Assembly (NCBI GenBank): GCA_964252075.1
Contig: CAXULY010000002.1
Location: forward strand, 160,001-224,000
Reading direction: 5' to 3'
From: an uncultured Deinococcaceae bacterium
Lineage (GTDB): Bacteria > Deinococcota > Deinococci > Deinococcales > Deinococcaceae
DNA length: 64,000 nucleotides
Shown here: positions 54,715 to 64,000 of the stretch, piece after piece
Layout: each line of letters starts with the position of its first letter
Numbering within the stretch: the first letter of the stretch is position 1
The notes under the pieces: generated by a model
Databases searched by the model: none
What the model was told of the DNA's origin: nothing
What the model saw: the letters and a program-made list of their open reading frames with translations, nothing else
Translations under genes and position numbers: made by a program

Positions 54715-54769
54715 GGTGCCCGCAGCATACCCTCCGGCGGGCCGCGCGGTGCGCCCGCGCGTCAGGCCC

Positions 54770-55450
54770 TCAGCGCGCGGGTGTGGGGGGGCAGGGCGCG
54801 GCCGGTTCGGGCATCGGGAAGTGCCGCGTGAGGCGCTCCACGAGGGCTCGGTCCCCACCGACCTGCAGGCGCCCGTCCGCTTCCGCCTGCGCCAGGGGCA
54901 GCCCGTTGAAGAGCACCTCGCCCAGCGTGGCGACGTCGGCGGTGATGGTCGCGGCAGGCGTGGGCGGGCGACCCCGCTCGACGCACAGCTGCCCGCCCGC
55001 GCTAGTGACGCTGAATTCCTCACGGCCGACGCGCAGGGCCAGGGGCGTGACGTCCGCCTGATCGCCAGGCTGGAACATGGTCTTCATGGCGCTGATGAGG
55101 GTCGCGAGGCTGATGGGGGCGTGCGCGGGCCGTTCGGGCGAGCGGGCACCCCAGCGGCCCAGGTGCTGCAGCACCGGTTCGAGTTCCTGGCCCCAGGGCG
55201 TCAGGGCGTACACCCAGCTCGCGGCGGGCGGTGGGAGCTGCTGGCGTTCCACGACGCCGCTGGCCTCCAGGTCCTTGAGGCGCTGCGACAGCACGTTGGG
55301 GCTGATGCCGGGCAGGTTGTCCTTGAGGTCGCAGAAGCGCCGGGCGCCGAGCAGCAGTTCGCGCACGACCAGCAGCGCCCAGCGCTCCCCCACCAGATTC
55401 AGGGCGTGCGCGGCGGCGCAGCCGTCCTCGTAGGTGCGCTTGGTGGTCAT
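54770..55450 (-). CDS. HxlR family winged-helix regulator with C-terminal SCP2-like domain
   Basis: YEDGCAAAHALNLVGERWALLVVRELL, LSQRLKDLE, YALTPWG. Confidence 0.9.
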   Translation of the reverse strand: MTTKRTYEDGCAAAHALNLVGERWALLVVRELLLGARRFCDLKDNLPGISPNVLSQRLKDLEASGVVERQQLPPPAASWVYALTPWGQELEPVLQHLGRWGARSPERPAHAPISLATLISAMKTMFQPGDQADVTPLALRVGREEFSVTSAGGQLCVERGRPPTPAATITADVATLGEVLFNGLPLAQAEADGRLQVGGDRALVERLTRHFPMPEPAAPCPPTPAR

Positions 55451-55565
55451 GCCTCCATGCTAAGCCATTTGGTATAGATTTCTATGCTTATGGTTGCAAT
55501 TTAGGACCATTCTGTTATACGCTAACCATCTCGTGGCCGTCCGGCCCGACCCCAGCGGAGGCCCC

Positions 55566-57107
55566 ATGACCAGCAGCCCAGCACCAGCCGAGCCTCACCC
55601 CGACGGACCGCGCGCGCGCCCGGCAAACGACCCTCACGAGGTGACCGTGACCGCACGAACCCCCGCCCAGCGCGACCGCTCGGTCATCCTGACGCTGCTC
55701 ATCGCCACGTTCGTGGTCATCCTGAACGAGACCATCCTGAACGTCGCGCTGCCCCGCCTCATGACCGAACTGAGGATCTCGGCCAGCACCGTGCAGTGGC
55801 TCTCCACCGCCTTCATGCTCACCATGGCGGTGGTCATCCCCACCACCGGCTTCCTGCTGCAGCGCCTCAGCACCCGCACGGTCTTCATCGCCGCCATGGC
55901 GCTCTTCACCGCCGGCACGCTGTTCGCCGCGCTGGCGCCCGGCTTCACCTTCCTGCTGCTCGCGCGCATCCTGCAGGCATCCGGCACCGCCATGATGCTG
56001 CCCCTGCTGATCACCACCGTCCTCACGCTCGTGCCGGAGGAGCGCCGCGGCGTGGTGATGGGGAACGTCAGCATCGTCATCGCGGTGGCGCCCGCCATCG
56101 GCCCCACCCTCTCCGGCCTGATCCTGCAGTCCCTGTCGTGGCGCTTCCTGTTCCTGCTGGTGGTGCCGATCGCCCTCGCGGCCCTCGCGTACGGCCTGCG
56201 GGTCCTCACGAACGTCGGCGAGCCGCGCCGCGCGACCCTGGACCTCCCCTCCATCCCGCTGTCCGCGCTGGGGTTCGGCGGGCTGGTGTTCGCGCTCAGC
56301 CGCCTCGGGGACGCGCCCGGCGGCCTGCGCAACCCCGCGGTGGGCCTGCCGCTCGCGCTGAGCCTCGTGGCCCTCGCGCTGTTCGTGTGGCGTCAGCTGG
56401 CGCTGCAGCGCCGCGCCGAACCCCTGCTGGACCTGCGCGCCTTCCGCTTCGGGCCCTTCACGCTCGGCGTGTCCCTGATGGTCATCGCGATGGTGGCGCT
56501 CTTCGGCGGCGCGATCCTGCTGCCCCTGTACCTGCAGAACATCCGCGGCCTGACGCCCCTCGGGACGGGCCTGCTGTTGCTGCCCGGCGGGCTCCTCATG
56601 GGCCTGCTCGCCCCCCCCATCGGGCGGCTGTACGACCGCTTCGGGCCGCGCTGGCTCGTCACGGCGGGCACGCTGCTGCTCACGCTGGTGCTGTGGCGCC
56701 TCAGCGGCATCGACGCCGCGACGCCCATCTGGCTGCTGCTCACGCTGCACGTGGTGCTGAGTGTCGGCCTCGCCCTGATCTTCACGCCGGTCTTCACCAG
56801 CAGCCTGAACCCACTGCCCGCACGGCTGTACTCGCACGGCAGCGCCATCCTGAGCACCCTGCAGCAGGTGGCGGGCGCCGCCGGCACCGCCCTCCTCATC
56901 ACGGTCATGACGGGCCGCACCGCGGCCCTCGCGCAGCAGGGCCAGGCGCTCAAACTCGCGCAGGCGTCCGGACTGCAGGCGGCCTTCGGGCTCGCGGCGG
57001 CCATCAGCGTGCTCGCGGTGGTGCTCGCGGTCTTCATGCGCCGCCCCAGCGTCGCGCCCCACCCGCACGCCGAGGTGGACGGTGCGCACCTCACCCAGCA
57101 GGCCTGA
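55566..57107 (+). CDS. DHA2 family MFS drug efflux transporter (LmrB-like, 14 TM)
   Basis: ILNETILNVALP, QWLSTAFML, APAIGPTLSG; SD GGAGG. Confidence 0.92.
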   Translation: MTSSPAPAEPHPDGPRARPANDPHEVTVTARTPAQRDRSVILTLLIATFVVILNETILNVALPRLMTELRISASTVQWLSTAFMLTMAVVIPTTGFLLQRLSTRTVFIAAMALFTAGTLFAALAPGFTFLLLARILQASGTAMMLPLLITTVLTLVPEERRGVVMGNVSIVIAVAPAIGPTLSGLILQSLSWRFLFLLVVPIALAALAYGLRVLTNVGEPRRATLDLPSIPLSALGFGGLVFALSRLGDAPGGLRNPAVGLPLALSLVALALFVWRQLALQRRAEPLLDLRAFRFGPFTLGVSLMVIAMVALFGGAILLPLYLQNIRGLTPLGTGLLLLPGGLLMGLLAPPIGRLYDRFGPRWLVTAGTLLLTLVLWRLSGIDAATPIWLLLTLHVVLSVGLALIFTPVFTSSLNPLPARLYSHGSAILSTLQQVAGAAGTALLITVMTGRTAALAQQGQALKLAQASGLQAAFGLAAAISVLAVVLAVFMRRPSVAPHPHAEVDGAHLTQQA

Positions 57108-57117
57108 ATGACCACAG

Positions 57118-57152
57118 TGAAAGGGGCCGCCCGCTGGGCGGCCCCCTTCATT
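57118..57152. terminator. Bidirectional terminator hairpin
   Basis: AGGGGCCGCCC-GCT-GGGCGGCCCCCTT between convergent MFS genes. Confidence 0.7.
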
Positions 57153-57162
57153 TCGCCAGGGG

Positions 57163-58449
57163 TCAGGACGCCCGCAGGCGCAGCGGGAGGCGCAGCACCG
57201 CCCGCACCGTCCACGCCTGATCCTCCCTTACGCGTCGCAGGAACACCGCCGCCCCGACGCGCAGCGCCGCCGCCAGCAGGAACACCGCCTGGTACCCACT
57301 CACGGGCAGGTGCGCGGCGTTCACCGCCCCGATCACCTGCCCGGCCACGAGGCTGCCCGCGAACCCCGCGAGGCCCGTGATCATGCCCAGCACGCTGATG
57401 TACCCGGCGCGCTGCGCGCGTGGCGCCTGCGCCAGCAGCAGGTTGCCGAGCGCCGCGCCGCCCGCGCCGCTCACGGTGGTGTCCAGCAGCGCGCTGCCCC
57501 ACACGATCCACGGCGCGCCGGGCGTCGCGAGCGTCCAGACAAGCGGCAGCAGGCTGCCCGCGCCGACCGCTGTGATGGCGAACACCGGCTTGTGCCCCAC
57601 GCGGTCCGCGAGGCGCCCCCACTGCGGCACCAGCAGCAGGCCCAAGGTGGCGACCAGCGCGCTGTAAATGGCGCCAGATGTGAAGGGCAGGTGCAACTCA
57701 CCGTAGAAGTACGGCAGCATGAACGGCCCGCACAGCGCGCCCGCGAAAGCCCAGTACGCGCTCAGCCCGATGAAGCGGCGGAAGGTGCGGTCGCGCAGTG
57801 GCGCCCGGATGATGTCCGGCAGGCTGTCCGCGCGCTTTTCTACAGGCGGGTCCCACTGCAGGCCCACCAGCGCGAGGGCCGCCACGCCGAAGGCGACGCC
57901 CACCGACAGCAGCGCCTGAAATTTCATGGGGGCCGCCAGGTGATCCAGCAGCACCCCACCGAGCAGCGCGACGAACATGCCGATGAAGCCGTGCAGGGCG
58001 CCGCGGAAGCTGAAGTACCGCCCGCGCGCACGCTCCGGCACCACGTCCCCCAGCCACGCGCTCAGCAGAGTGTTGTATGCGCTGAGGAGCACACCGCTGG
58101 TGAACATGATGACTAGCAGCATTGGGAGGCGTGCCGCGGCGGGCATGAGGGGCAGGCAGGGCGCGGCGGTCCACACGAGGCGACCGATGAGGCCCGTGAT
58201 GAGCGCGAGGCGTTTGCGGTGCCCGCTGCGCACGGCAAGCCACGCGATGATGGGCGTGAGCGCCTGCGCGATGAGCGGCAGGCCCGCCAGCAGCGCGAAC
58301 TGTCGGGGATTGGTGTGCAGGTACAGGGCGTAGCCGGTGAGGAGGCTGCCGCCCGTCCAGACCAGGTACGGCATTCCGAAGGCGCCTTCCACCATGCTCA
58401 CGGTCATGGTGCGGCGAGCACGAGGATCGAGTGTTGGGGGCACAGACAC
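57163..58449 (-). CDS. MFS transporter
   Basis: About 12 TM helices; WLGDVVPERARGRYF, WGRLADRVGHK. Confidence 0.88.
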   Translation of the reverse strand: MSVPPTLDPRARRTMTVSMVEGAFGMPYLVWTGGSLLTGYALYLHTNPRQFALLAGLPLIAQALTPIIAWLAVRSGHRKRLALITGLIGRLVWTAAPCLPLMPAAARLPMLLVIMFTSGVLLSAYNTLLSAWLGDVVPERARGRYFSFRGALHGFIGMFVALLGGVLLDHLAAPMKFQALLSVGVAFGVAALALVGLQWDPPVEKRADSLPDIIRAPLRDRTFRRFIGLSAYWAFAGALCGPFMLPYFYGELHLPFTSGAIYSALVATLGLLLVPQWGRLADRVGHKPVFAITAVGAGSLLPLVWTLATPGAPWIVWGSALLDTTVSGAGGAALGNLLLAQAPRAQRAGYISVLGMITGLAGFAGSLVAGQVIGAVNAAHLPVSGYQAVFLLAAALRVGAAVFLRRVREDQAWTVRAVLRLPLRLRAS

Positions 58450-58857
58450 GCCATCATCCTAAACGAATATTAAGTTTCGCTTAGCGTATTCTCACTTTCA
58501 AGCCTGGACGTTGCCCCACATGCAGGGCGATGGGCCGCAGACACAGCAAAACTGTTTGCACAAACGGGCGCTGTTGATGAGGGTTTAAAGTCACTCCACA
58601 ACAATGGGGCAAGTCGCTGGCTGTCCGCACAGAGCTTTAAGAGGAGCGCAACTCAGGGGTAGGCCGCATGGTGCAGGCCGGCGTCCTGTCTGGAACGACA
58701 AATCTGTAGCATTGGTGCCCAGCCTCTGAGCAACGCAAAGGATACATCTCGATAACACAGGTCAGGGCAAGAAAAACGCGGCCTGCCAAGGCTCTTTGAA
58801 TGCGGAAGTCAGACAAACTTCTTGCCACCGGACCTACCAATCCACTATAAAAGACGA

Positions 58858-59433
58858 GTGACCATCATAGTAGACAGCACAGGGGTATTGCTCGCGCACC
58901 GCATCAAGTTGGAACGTGAGGTTCGCACATGGTCACAGGCAGACCTCGCAGAACGATCGGGCGTCTCGAAGGCGGCCATCAGCAAGATTGAGCGCGGCGA
59001 GATGAGCCCCACCGCAGTGGTCCTTGTACGCCTCGCGGGCGCCTTCGACCTGACCCTCGCCGGCCTGCTCCTACGTGCGGAGGGAGAGCGTGGGCGCCTG
59101 ACGCGCAACGCCGAGCAGCCCCGCTGGCGCGACCCGCAGACCGGCCACCTGCGCCGACAGGTGTTCGCGAGGCCCGACCACCCACTGGAAGTCGCAGCGA
59201 TCGACTTACCTGCCGGGCAGCGCGTGACCCTCCCTGCATCCTCGTACACGCACATCCGGCAGCTCGTGTGGGTGCAGGATGGCACACTCGTCATCGTGGA
59301 GGGCGGCGCGCAGCACCAGCTGGCCACTGGCGACTGCCTTGCCTTCGGCGCGCCCGCCGAGGTGACGCTCGCGAACGAATCGGGCTCTCCCTGCACGTAC
59401 CTCGTCGTGATTGCGCGGAACGCAACTGCATGA
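58858..59433 (+). CDS. XRE-family HTH regulator with cupin domain
   Basis: WSQADLAERSGVSKAAISKIERGEMSPT; C-terminal cupin (LATGDCLAF); start approximate. Confidence 0.9.
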   Translation: MTIIVDSTGVLLAHRIKLEREVRTWSQADLAERSGVSKAAISKIERGEMSPTAVVLVRLAGAFDLTLAGLLLRAEGERGRLTRNAEQPRWRDPQTGHLRRQVFARPDHPLEVAAIDLPAGQRVTLPASSYTHIRQLVWVQDGTLVIVEGGAQHQLATGDCLAFGAPAEVTLANESGSPCTYLVVIARNATA

Positions 59434-59960
59434 CCGCCCACCGCATCACCGCCCTGAGTGCCGGACCGGACACGCACGACCTGCTGGTGGACCTGCTCAT
59501 TGAGGTGGTGGCGCACGGGGGTTCCGTGGGATTCATGCATCCCCTCGCGCGGGACGAGGCGGCGGCCTTCTGGGACGGCGCGCTCCAGGGCGCGCAGCGA
59601 GGCGGGCGGATCATCCTGGGTGCCTGGGACGGAACCCTGCTCGTCGGCACGGTCAGCCTGCTGCTCGATTGCCCCCCAAATCAGCCCCACCGCGCGGAGA
59701 TCGCGAAGATGATGACGCGCGTGCAGCACCGAGGACGCGGCGTGGCGAGCGCCCTGATGCACGCCGCAGAGGCACTCGCCGTTCAGCGCGAGCGCCGCCT
59801 GCTGGTACTCGACACAGCCACGGATGGCGGCGCGGCGCGCATGTACGAGCGGCTGGGCTTCACGCTCGCTGGCGAAATTCCGGATTACGCGCTGAAGCCG
59901 CACGGCGGGCTCACCGGCACGCTGATCTACTGGAAGCGTATAGGGCCGCCCGCTCCCTGA
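59430..59960 (+). CDS. GNAT family N-acetyltransferase
   Basis: ATGA overlap; GGSVGF, PPNQPHRAEIAKM, RGRGVA, LVLDT, GEIPDYA. Confidence 0.9.
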   Translation: MTAHRITALSAGPDTHDLLVDLLIEVVAHGGSVGFMHPLARDEAAAFWDGALQGAQRGGRIILGAWDGTLLVGTVSLLLDCPPNQPHRAEIAKMMTRVQHRGRGVASALMHAAEALAVQRERRLLVLDTATDGGAARMYERLGFTLAGEIPDYALKPHGGLTGTLIYWKRIGPPAP

Positions 59961-60665
59961 TCCGACCATCCAGTGAAAGCCCACACTCGTACATATGCAT
60001 CTACGGGCAGATACACGAGATTCATGACTTGACCAGGTGGGAGCGCGGCTTCATGTTGGAGCGCTCGGTGCACCTACGTCCTCCTTGGACGCTCACAGGT
60101 GAGTAGTACTTTGTCGGACTATTCGCTTACCCACTTTAAGTAGCGTTCTTCTATATGGGTTTAAAGCCCCCATGTGGTGTCGATGGGCACGCACACGCGG
60201 TGGACTTGTATTCGTAGAGCGCACGGCAGTCCCTGGAGTGGCAGGTGAGCATTTCCGCGATTTAGCTAGGACTGTCAACCTACAACGCGTTCAGTTGAAT
60301 GTCAGAAAAGACCAGCAGGGCGTTTTCGGTCGCGGGTGCAGGCGACACCATGACGCAGCGTTTGATGCTGCCGCCTTCCCACAAACGTTTCAAGGGATGT
60401 AGCGTGGGCAACTCTTGAAGGGAATGACCTGTATGGAGCTTCTGGACCTTAGTGTCGTCCTGCTGCAACGGTGAGCACCATGGTGCACAGCGCGGCGCCA
60501 CAGGATGCGTAGAGCAACGTCCAAGTCATGGATTTCGCTAGCGATCGTCTTGGACCGCATCGTGGACGTCACCTTCAGCGTGAGCGTGGCGCTGGTGCCG
60601 CATGCGCTCACGCCACTGGAAGTGGACCTGTTAAAGACATCACGCGTGTTCCCCATTGCCGCGCG

Positions 60666-62039
60666 TCACAGCAGACGGCCCTGCATGCCGCTGCGCAGGC
60701 GGGTGCGGAGGTCCCGCAAGATGGTGGCCTGCTCACCAGCCGCGAATCCGCGCAGCACCCAGCGCTTGATCTCCTGTGGGTTGTCCTGCAGGAGCAGTTC
60801 GCGCAGCGCGTCGAACTCATGCGTTTTCAGGTCGTTGCGCAGCATCACCAGCAGCACGCGCATCACTTCCTCTACCTGTTGCGGCTTCGGGAGGCGCTCC
60901 AGTGCGTCGAGGTCCTTCTCCGCCTGCGCTTCTGCCGCGCGTTTGGCGCTCTCTGCCCGCTGGAGCGCCTCCCGGGGCGGTTCGGGCGCCACGAAGTCCG
61001 TGGGGATCTCGTACTTGTCCGGGTTCGCGACGAGGTCCACGAACAGCGCGGTGCGGCTGCGCGGCTTGAAGCCCGAGGCGAGCAGCGCTGTGAGGCGGTC
61101 CAAGCTGTCCTCCAGGTACGCGCGCGGGTGCAGCCGAATGAGTTGCGTGGCGCGCACACGCGTGAGGCCCGTGCGGCTCACGAGGTCCGCGAGCAGTTCC
61201 GGGTCGGGCGGCTGCTCGACCTCCCCGAACACGTACTCAATCACCTGCTTCTTCCCGCGTCCATGAATCTCCACGGCGCGCAGGTACCCGCGTGCCAGCA
61301 GTTCCTCGTGCGCGGGTTTCAGGGCGCGCACCACCATGGATGGGCGGTCCGCGATGATCTTGCACGCTTCCGCCCACTCCATGAGGCCCACCTGGTACAC
61401 CACCACGCGCTGCTCGGGGCGTTCCGGGTCGAACCGGCGGGCGTCCAGCAGACGGTACAGGGCGCGCGTCGGTGGTCGGCGCAGGCCCTGCATGAAGGCC
61501 AGGTCGAGCGCCTTGAGGTACCCGGCGCGCACGGACCGCACGATCTCGGCGGGCAGATAGATCTTCAGGACGCTGCCCTCGTCCATCCGTTCCTCCTCTC
61601 CCGTGTATTCCAGGCGGTCAATGTACCGGAAGCTGGCGGTCGTCCAGCGGCGCCGGGGGTGGTCGCGCCAGCCTTCACTGATGAAGTAGTTGGTGGTGAG
61701 GAGCCGCTTGAGGGTGGTTTCCAGCGTGGCGTAGTACCGCCCAGAGGTGTCGAGCCCAGCGGTCGTGAGGATCAGGTAGGGCGTGCAGGTGATGGCGTTG
61801 TCGTCTGGCATGCCCTGCTCAATGAACAGGTTGATGAGAGCGGCGCTGATGTCGTTATCAATCCCGTGCGGCACGCCGTACTCCGGCATCGCTTGGCAGG
61901 TGACGCGATACCGGAAGTTGTGGTCCTGGACCTCGATACTCCACTCGCGGTGGTGCTCGGGAATGCGCTCCTGAACGCTGATGAGGCTCAGGCGCGCGAC
62001 GTTGATCTCGTCGAATCGTTTGACCAAGTTGTCTGTCAC
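60666..62039 (-). CDS. Replication initiator protein (plasmid/chromid RPA-type Rep)
   Basis: FDEINVARLSLIS, GVPHGIDND, SGRYY..L...L.RL, RALYRLLD; SD GGGAGG before GTG 62039; adjacent iteron array. Confidence 0.85.
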   Translation of the reverse strand: MTDNLVKRFDEINVARLSLISVQERIPEHHREWSIEVQDHNFRYRVTCQAMPEYGVPHGIDNDISAALINLFIEQGMPDDNAITCTPYLILTTAGLDTSGRYYATLETTLKRLLTTNYFISEGWRDHPRRRWTTASFRYIDRLEYTGEEERMDEGSVLKIYLPAEIVRSVRAGYLKALDLAFMQGLRRPPTRALYRLLDARRFDPERPEQRVVVYQVGLMEWAEACKIIADRPSMVVRALKPAHEELLARGYLRAVEIHGRGKKQVIEYVFGEVEQPPDPELLADLVSRTGLTRVRATQLIRLHPRAYLEDSLDRLTALLASGFKPRSRTALFVDLVANPDKYEIPTDFVAPEPPREALQRAESAKRAAEAQAEKDLDALERLPKPQQVEEVMRVLLVMLRNDLKTHEFDALRELLLQDNPQEIKRWVLRGFAAGEQATILRDLRTRLRSGMQGRLL

Positions 62040-62153
62040 GGCCCTCCCTGCGTGTCTGTTGTTTGTTGTTTTTCTTTCTCTGTTTATTAGTTTAATTGTT
62101 GACAACCACACGCGCCCCCTGCCCGCGCGTGCCAGACGCATTCCTGACTAGGA

Positions 62154-62509
62154 AACGGCGCAAGATGTCCGATAAAATGGCGCAAGTTGTCCGATACTTC
62201 GGCCCGCTCGACGGCGCAAGTTGTCCGAAGTGCTGTCCGGGAACGGCGCAAGGTGTCCGGTACTTTGGCGCAAGACGTCCGATAGGGGGTGGGACGCGAA
62301 CGGCGCAAGTTGTCCGATGGGTAGAGCCCCAACGGCGCAAGTTGTCCGATAGGCAGCGGAAGGAACGGCGCAAGTCGTCCGATGTTCCAGCCAGGCCATC
62401 GACTGCTCTTGCTCTGCCGCGCCAGGAGCGAATTTTCTGGGACATGTCCTCTAAAACGGCGCAAGTTGTCCGATAGTTAGAGTTGCCAAACGGCGCAAGT
62501 TGTCCGATA
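62154..62509. repeat. Iteron array, 10 x 21-bp direct repeats, probable replication origin
   Basis: Consensus AACGGCGCAAGTTGTCCGATA starting at 62154, 62176, 62210, 62242, 62264, 62299, 62331, 62364, 62455, 62489; AT-rich tract at about 62057-62100. Confidence 0.9.
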
Positions 62510-62840
62510 CGGAATTTGGAGGGGTGCAGGAGAGAAGCGGACCACATACGTCCGTACCGAACCCCAGTTCCAGCAGTAAGAGTTAACCCATGCAAAGGCG
62601 AGGGCCACTGGTGAATGACCGCTGTTGTCTGAATGTTCAGTGGTCTTTGCCCAGATTGGCCGCGGGCTTCTTTTAATACGCCAGTCACGCTGGAGGCGCT
62701 TTTTGCAGGAGGGTCACGCGGCGTTTCAGGTACCGATCATTCGCCACGTCGACGCGGAGCGCTCGCTTCCCGGAGGCGTACCTAGATGCTCAACGACGGG
62801 CTTATGCTTGATGGCTGAAGTTTGGCAATCGCAGCGCGCC

Positions 62841-63251
62841 TCAGTTGCTGGGTGGACGGATGTTGAGGTGCAGCCAGTACAGGCCGAGGGTCGTCACGAG
62901 GTGCTGTAAGGCGTCGGCCTGCACCGGCTTGACGAGGTATGAGTTCACGCCCAGGCCGTACGCGCCTCGCACGTCCTGCGGCTCATTCGAGGTGGTCAGC
63001 ACCACCACCGGCACCAGCGCGAGTCGCGCCTGACCGCGCAGCCACGCCAGCACCTCCAGCCCACCCAGGCGGGGTAGTTTCAGGTCCAGCAGCACGAGGT
63101 CCGGCACGCCGTCCTCCGCGAGGGCACGCACCGCCTGCTCTCCGTCACGCACCACCTGCAGGGACACGTCGTACTGTGCGTGGCGGAAGGCGCGCTGAAT
63201 GAACAGCACGTCGTCGGCGCTGTCCTCAATCAGCAGCACGGTGGAGGTCAC
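62841..63251 (-). CDS. Single-domain response regulator (Rcp1-like)
   Basis: LLIEDSADD, DLVLLDLKLP, LTTS, NSYLVKP, YW. Confidence 0.92.
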   Translation of the reverse strand: MTSTVLLIEDSADDVLFIQRAFRHAQYDVSLQVVRDGEQAVRALAEDGVPDLVLLDLKLPRLGGLEVLAWLRGQARLALVPVVVLTTSNEPQDVRGAYGLGVNSYLVKPVQADALQHLVTTLGLYWLHLNIRPPSN

Positions 63252-64000
63252 GCTGCGGACCCCGCGAGCGGCAGCTCGAACCAGAAGCGGCTGCCGCCTC
63301 CAGCACCCGCCGCCAATCCCACCCGTCCGTTCATGCGCTCCAGTCCTTTCTGCACGATGGCCAGCCCGACGCCCGTACCAGGGTACTGCTCCACGGTGTG
63401 CAGGCGCTCGAATACCCGGAAGATGCGCTGCGCGTGGCGCGCCTCCACGCCGATGCCGTTGTCCTCCACCCACACGCGGGTGTGGTCATCGCGCGTCTCC
63501 GACCACACCCGCACCTGCGGCTGTACGCCGGGCACCACGAATTTCAGGGCGTTGCCGAGCAGGTTCATCAGCACCTGCCGCAGGGTCGTCTCGTGCGCGA
63601 GCACAAGTGGGAGCGGCTCCGTGACGGTCACCTGGGCGTGGCGCGCCTCGATTTCCAACTGCAGGTCCGCGAGGGCGCGCGCGAGCACCTCCCCGAGCGG
63701 CACGCGCCGCACCTCCAGTGCCGAGCGGCTGATGTGGCTGTACGCCAGCAGGTCACGGATGAGTTCGTCCATGCGCCCGGCGTTGTGCTCGATCCGGCGC
63801 AGCATGCTGCGCCCATCGTCGTCCAGGGTGTCTCCGTAGTCCTCCAGCACAGCGTTCGCGAAGCCGTTGATGGAGCGCAGCGGGGCGCGCAGGTCGTGCG
63901 CGACGGTATACGCGAAGGCCTCCAGTTCCTCGTTCGCGGCGGTGAGCTGCGCGGTGCGTTCATCCACGCGCCGTTCCAGCGTGCGCGCGAAGTCCGCGAG
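63248..64000 (-). CDS. Sensor histidine kinase, C-terminal part (start outside the window)
   Basis: ELEAFAYTVAHDLRAP, NLLGNALKF, DNGIG, GTGVGL. Confidence 0.92.
   Translation of the reverse strand, partial: LADFARTLERRVDERTAQLTAANEELEAFAYTVAHDLRAPLRSINGFANAVLEDYGDTLDDDGRSMLRRIEHNAGRMDELIRDLLAYSHISRSALEVRRVPLGEVLARALADLQLEIEARHAQVTVTEPLPLVLAHETTLRQVLMNLLGNALKFVVPGVQPQVRVWSETRDDHTRVWVEDNGIGVEARHAQRIFRVFERLHTVEQYPGTGVGLAIVQKGLERMNGRVGLAAGAGGGSRFWFELPLAGSAA

Noticed and set aside
62154..62509. CRISPR array interpretation of the 21-bp repeats
   Set aside because: Spacers are 1-14 nt (one of 70), the repeats are degenerate and non-palindromic, there are no cas genes, and the array sits beside a Rep gene, so these are iterons.
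62087..62688. Several ORFs over the iteron array
   Set aside because: Their repeated peptides (RTTCA, SDNLRR, GQLAP) simply reflect the DNA repeats in all frames.

Overview
Very GC-rich, gene-dense accessory-type region, most likely from a Deinococcus-group bacterium. This is inferred from leaderless -10/start architecture, TPR-BTAD and TPR-GGDEF-EAL proteins, and an RPA-type Rep. It carries three carbohydrate ABC uptake clusters plus an orphan sugar-binding protein, a GH3 NagZ-like and a GH43 glycosidase, a ForCE/YjgCD-type formate dehydrogenase, an ebo cluster without a recognisable eboA, two histidine kinase/response regulator pairs, an amino-acid ABC transporter, an amidase module, MFS transporters with regulators, and a plasmid/chromid-type replication initiator preceded by ten 21-bp iterons. 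The most novel-looking element is a candidate peptide-signalling locus at about 30.7-40.3 kb. It comprises a tricorn protease and TPR-wHTH-BTAD regulator, divergent from an unannotated 48-aa secreted peptide, a lipoprotein subtilase carrying six perfect GGTLWID repeats, and a TPR-GGDEF-EAL protein. All calls come from motif recognition by eye; no database searches were run.
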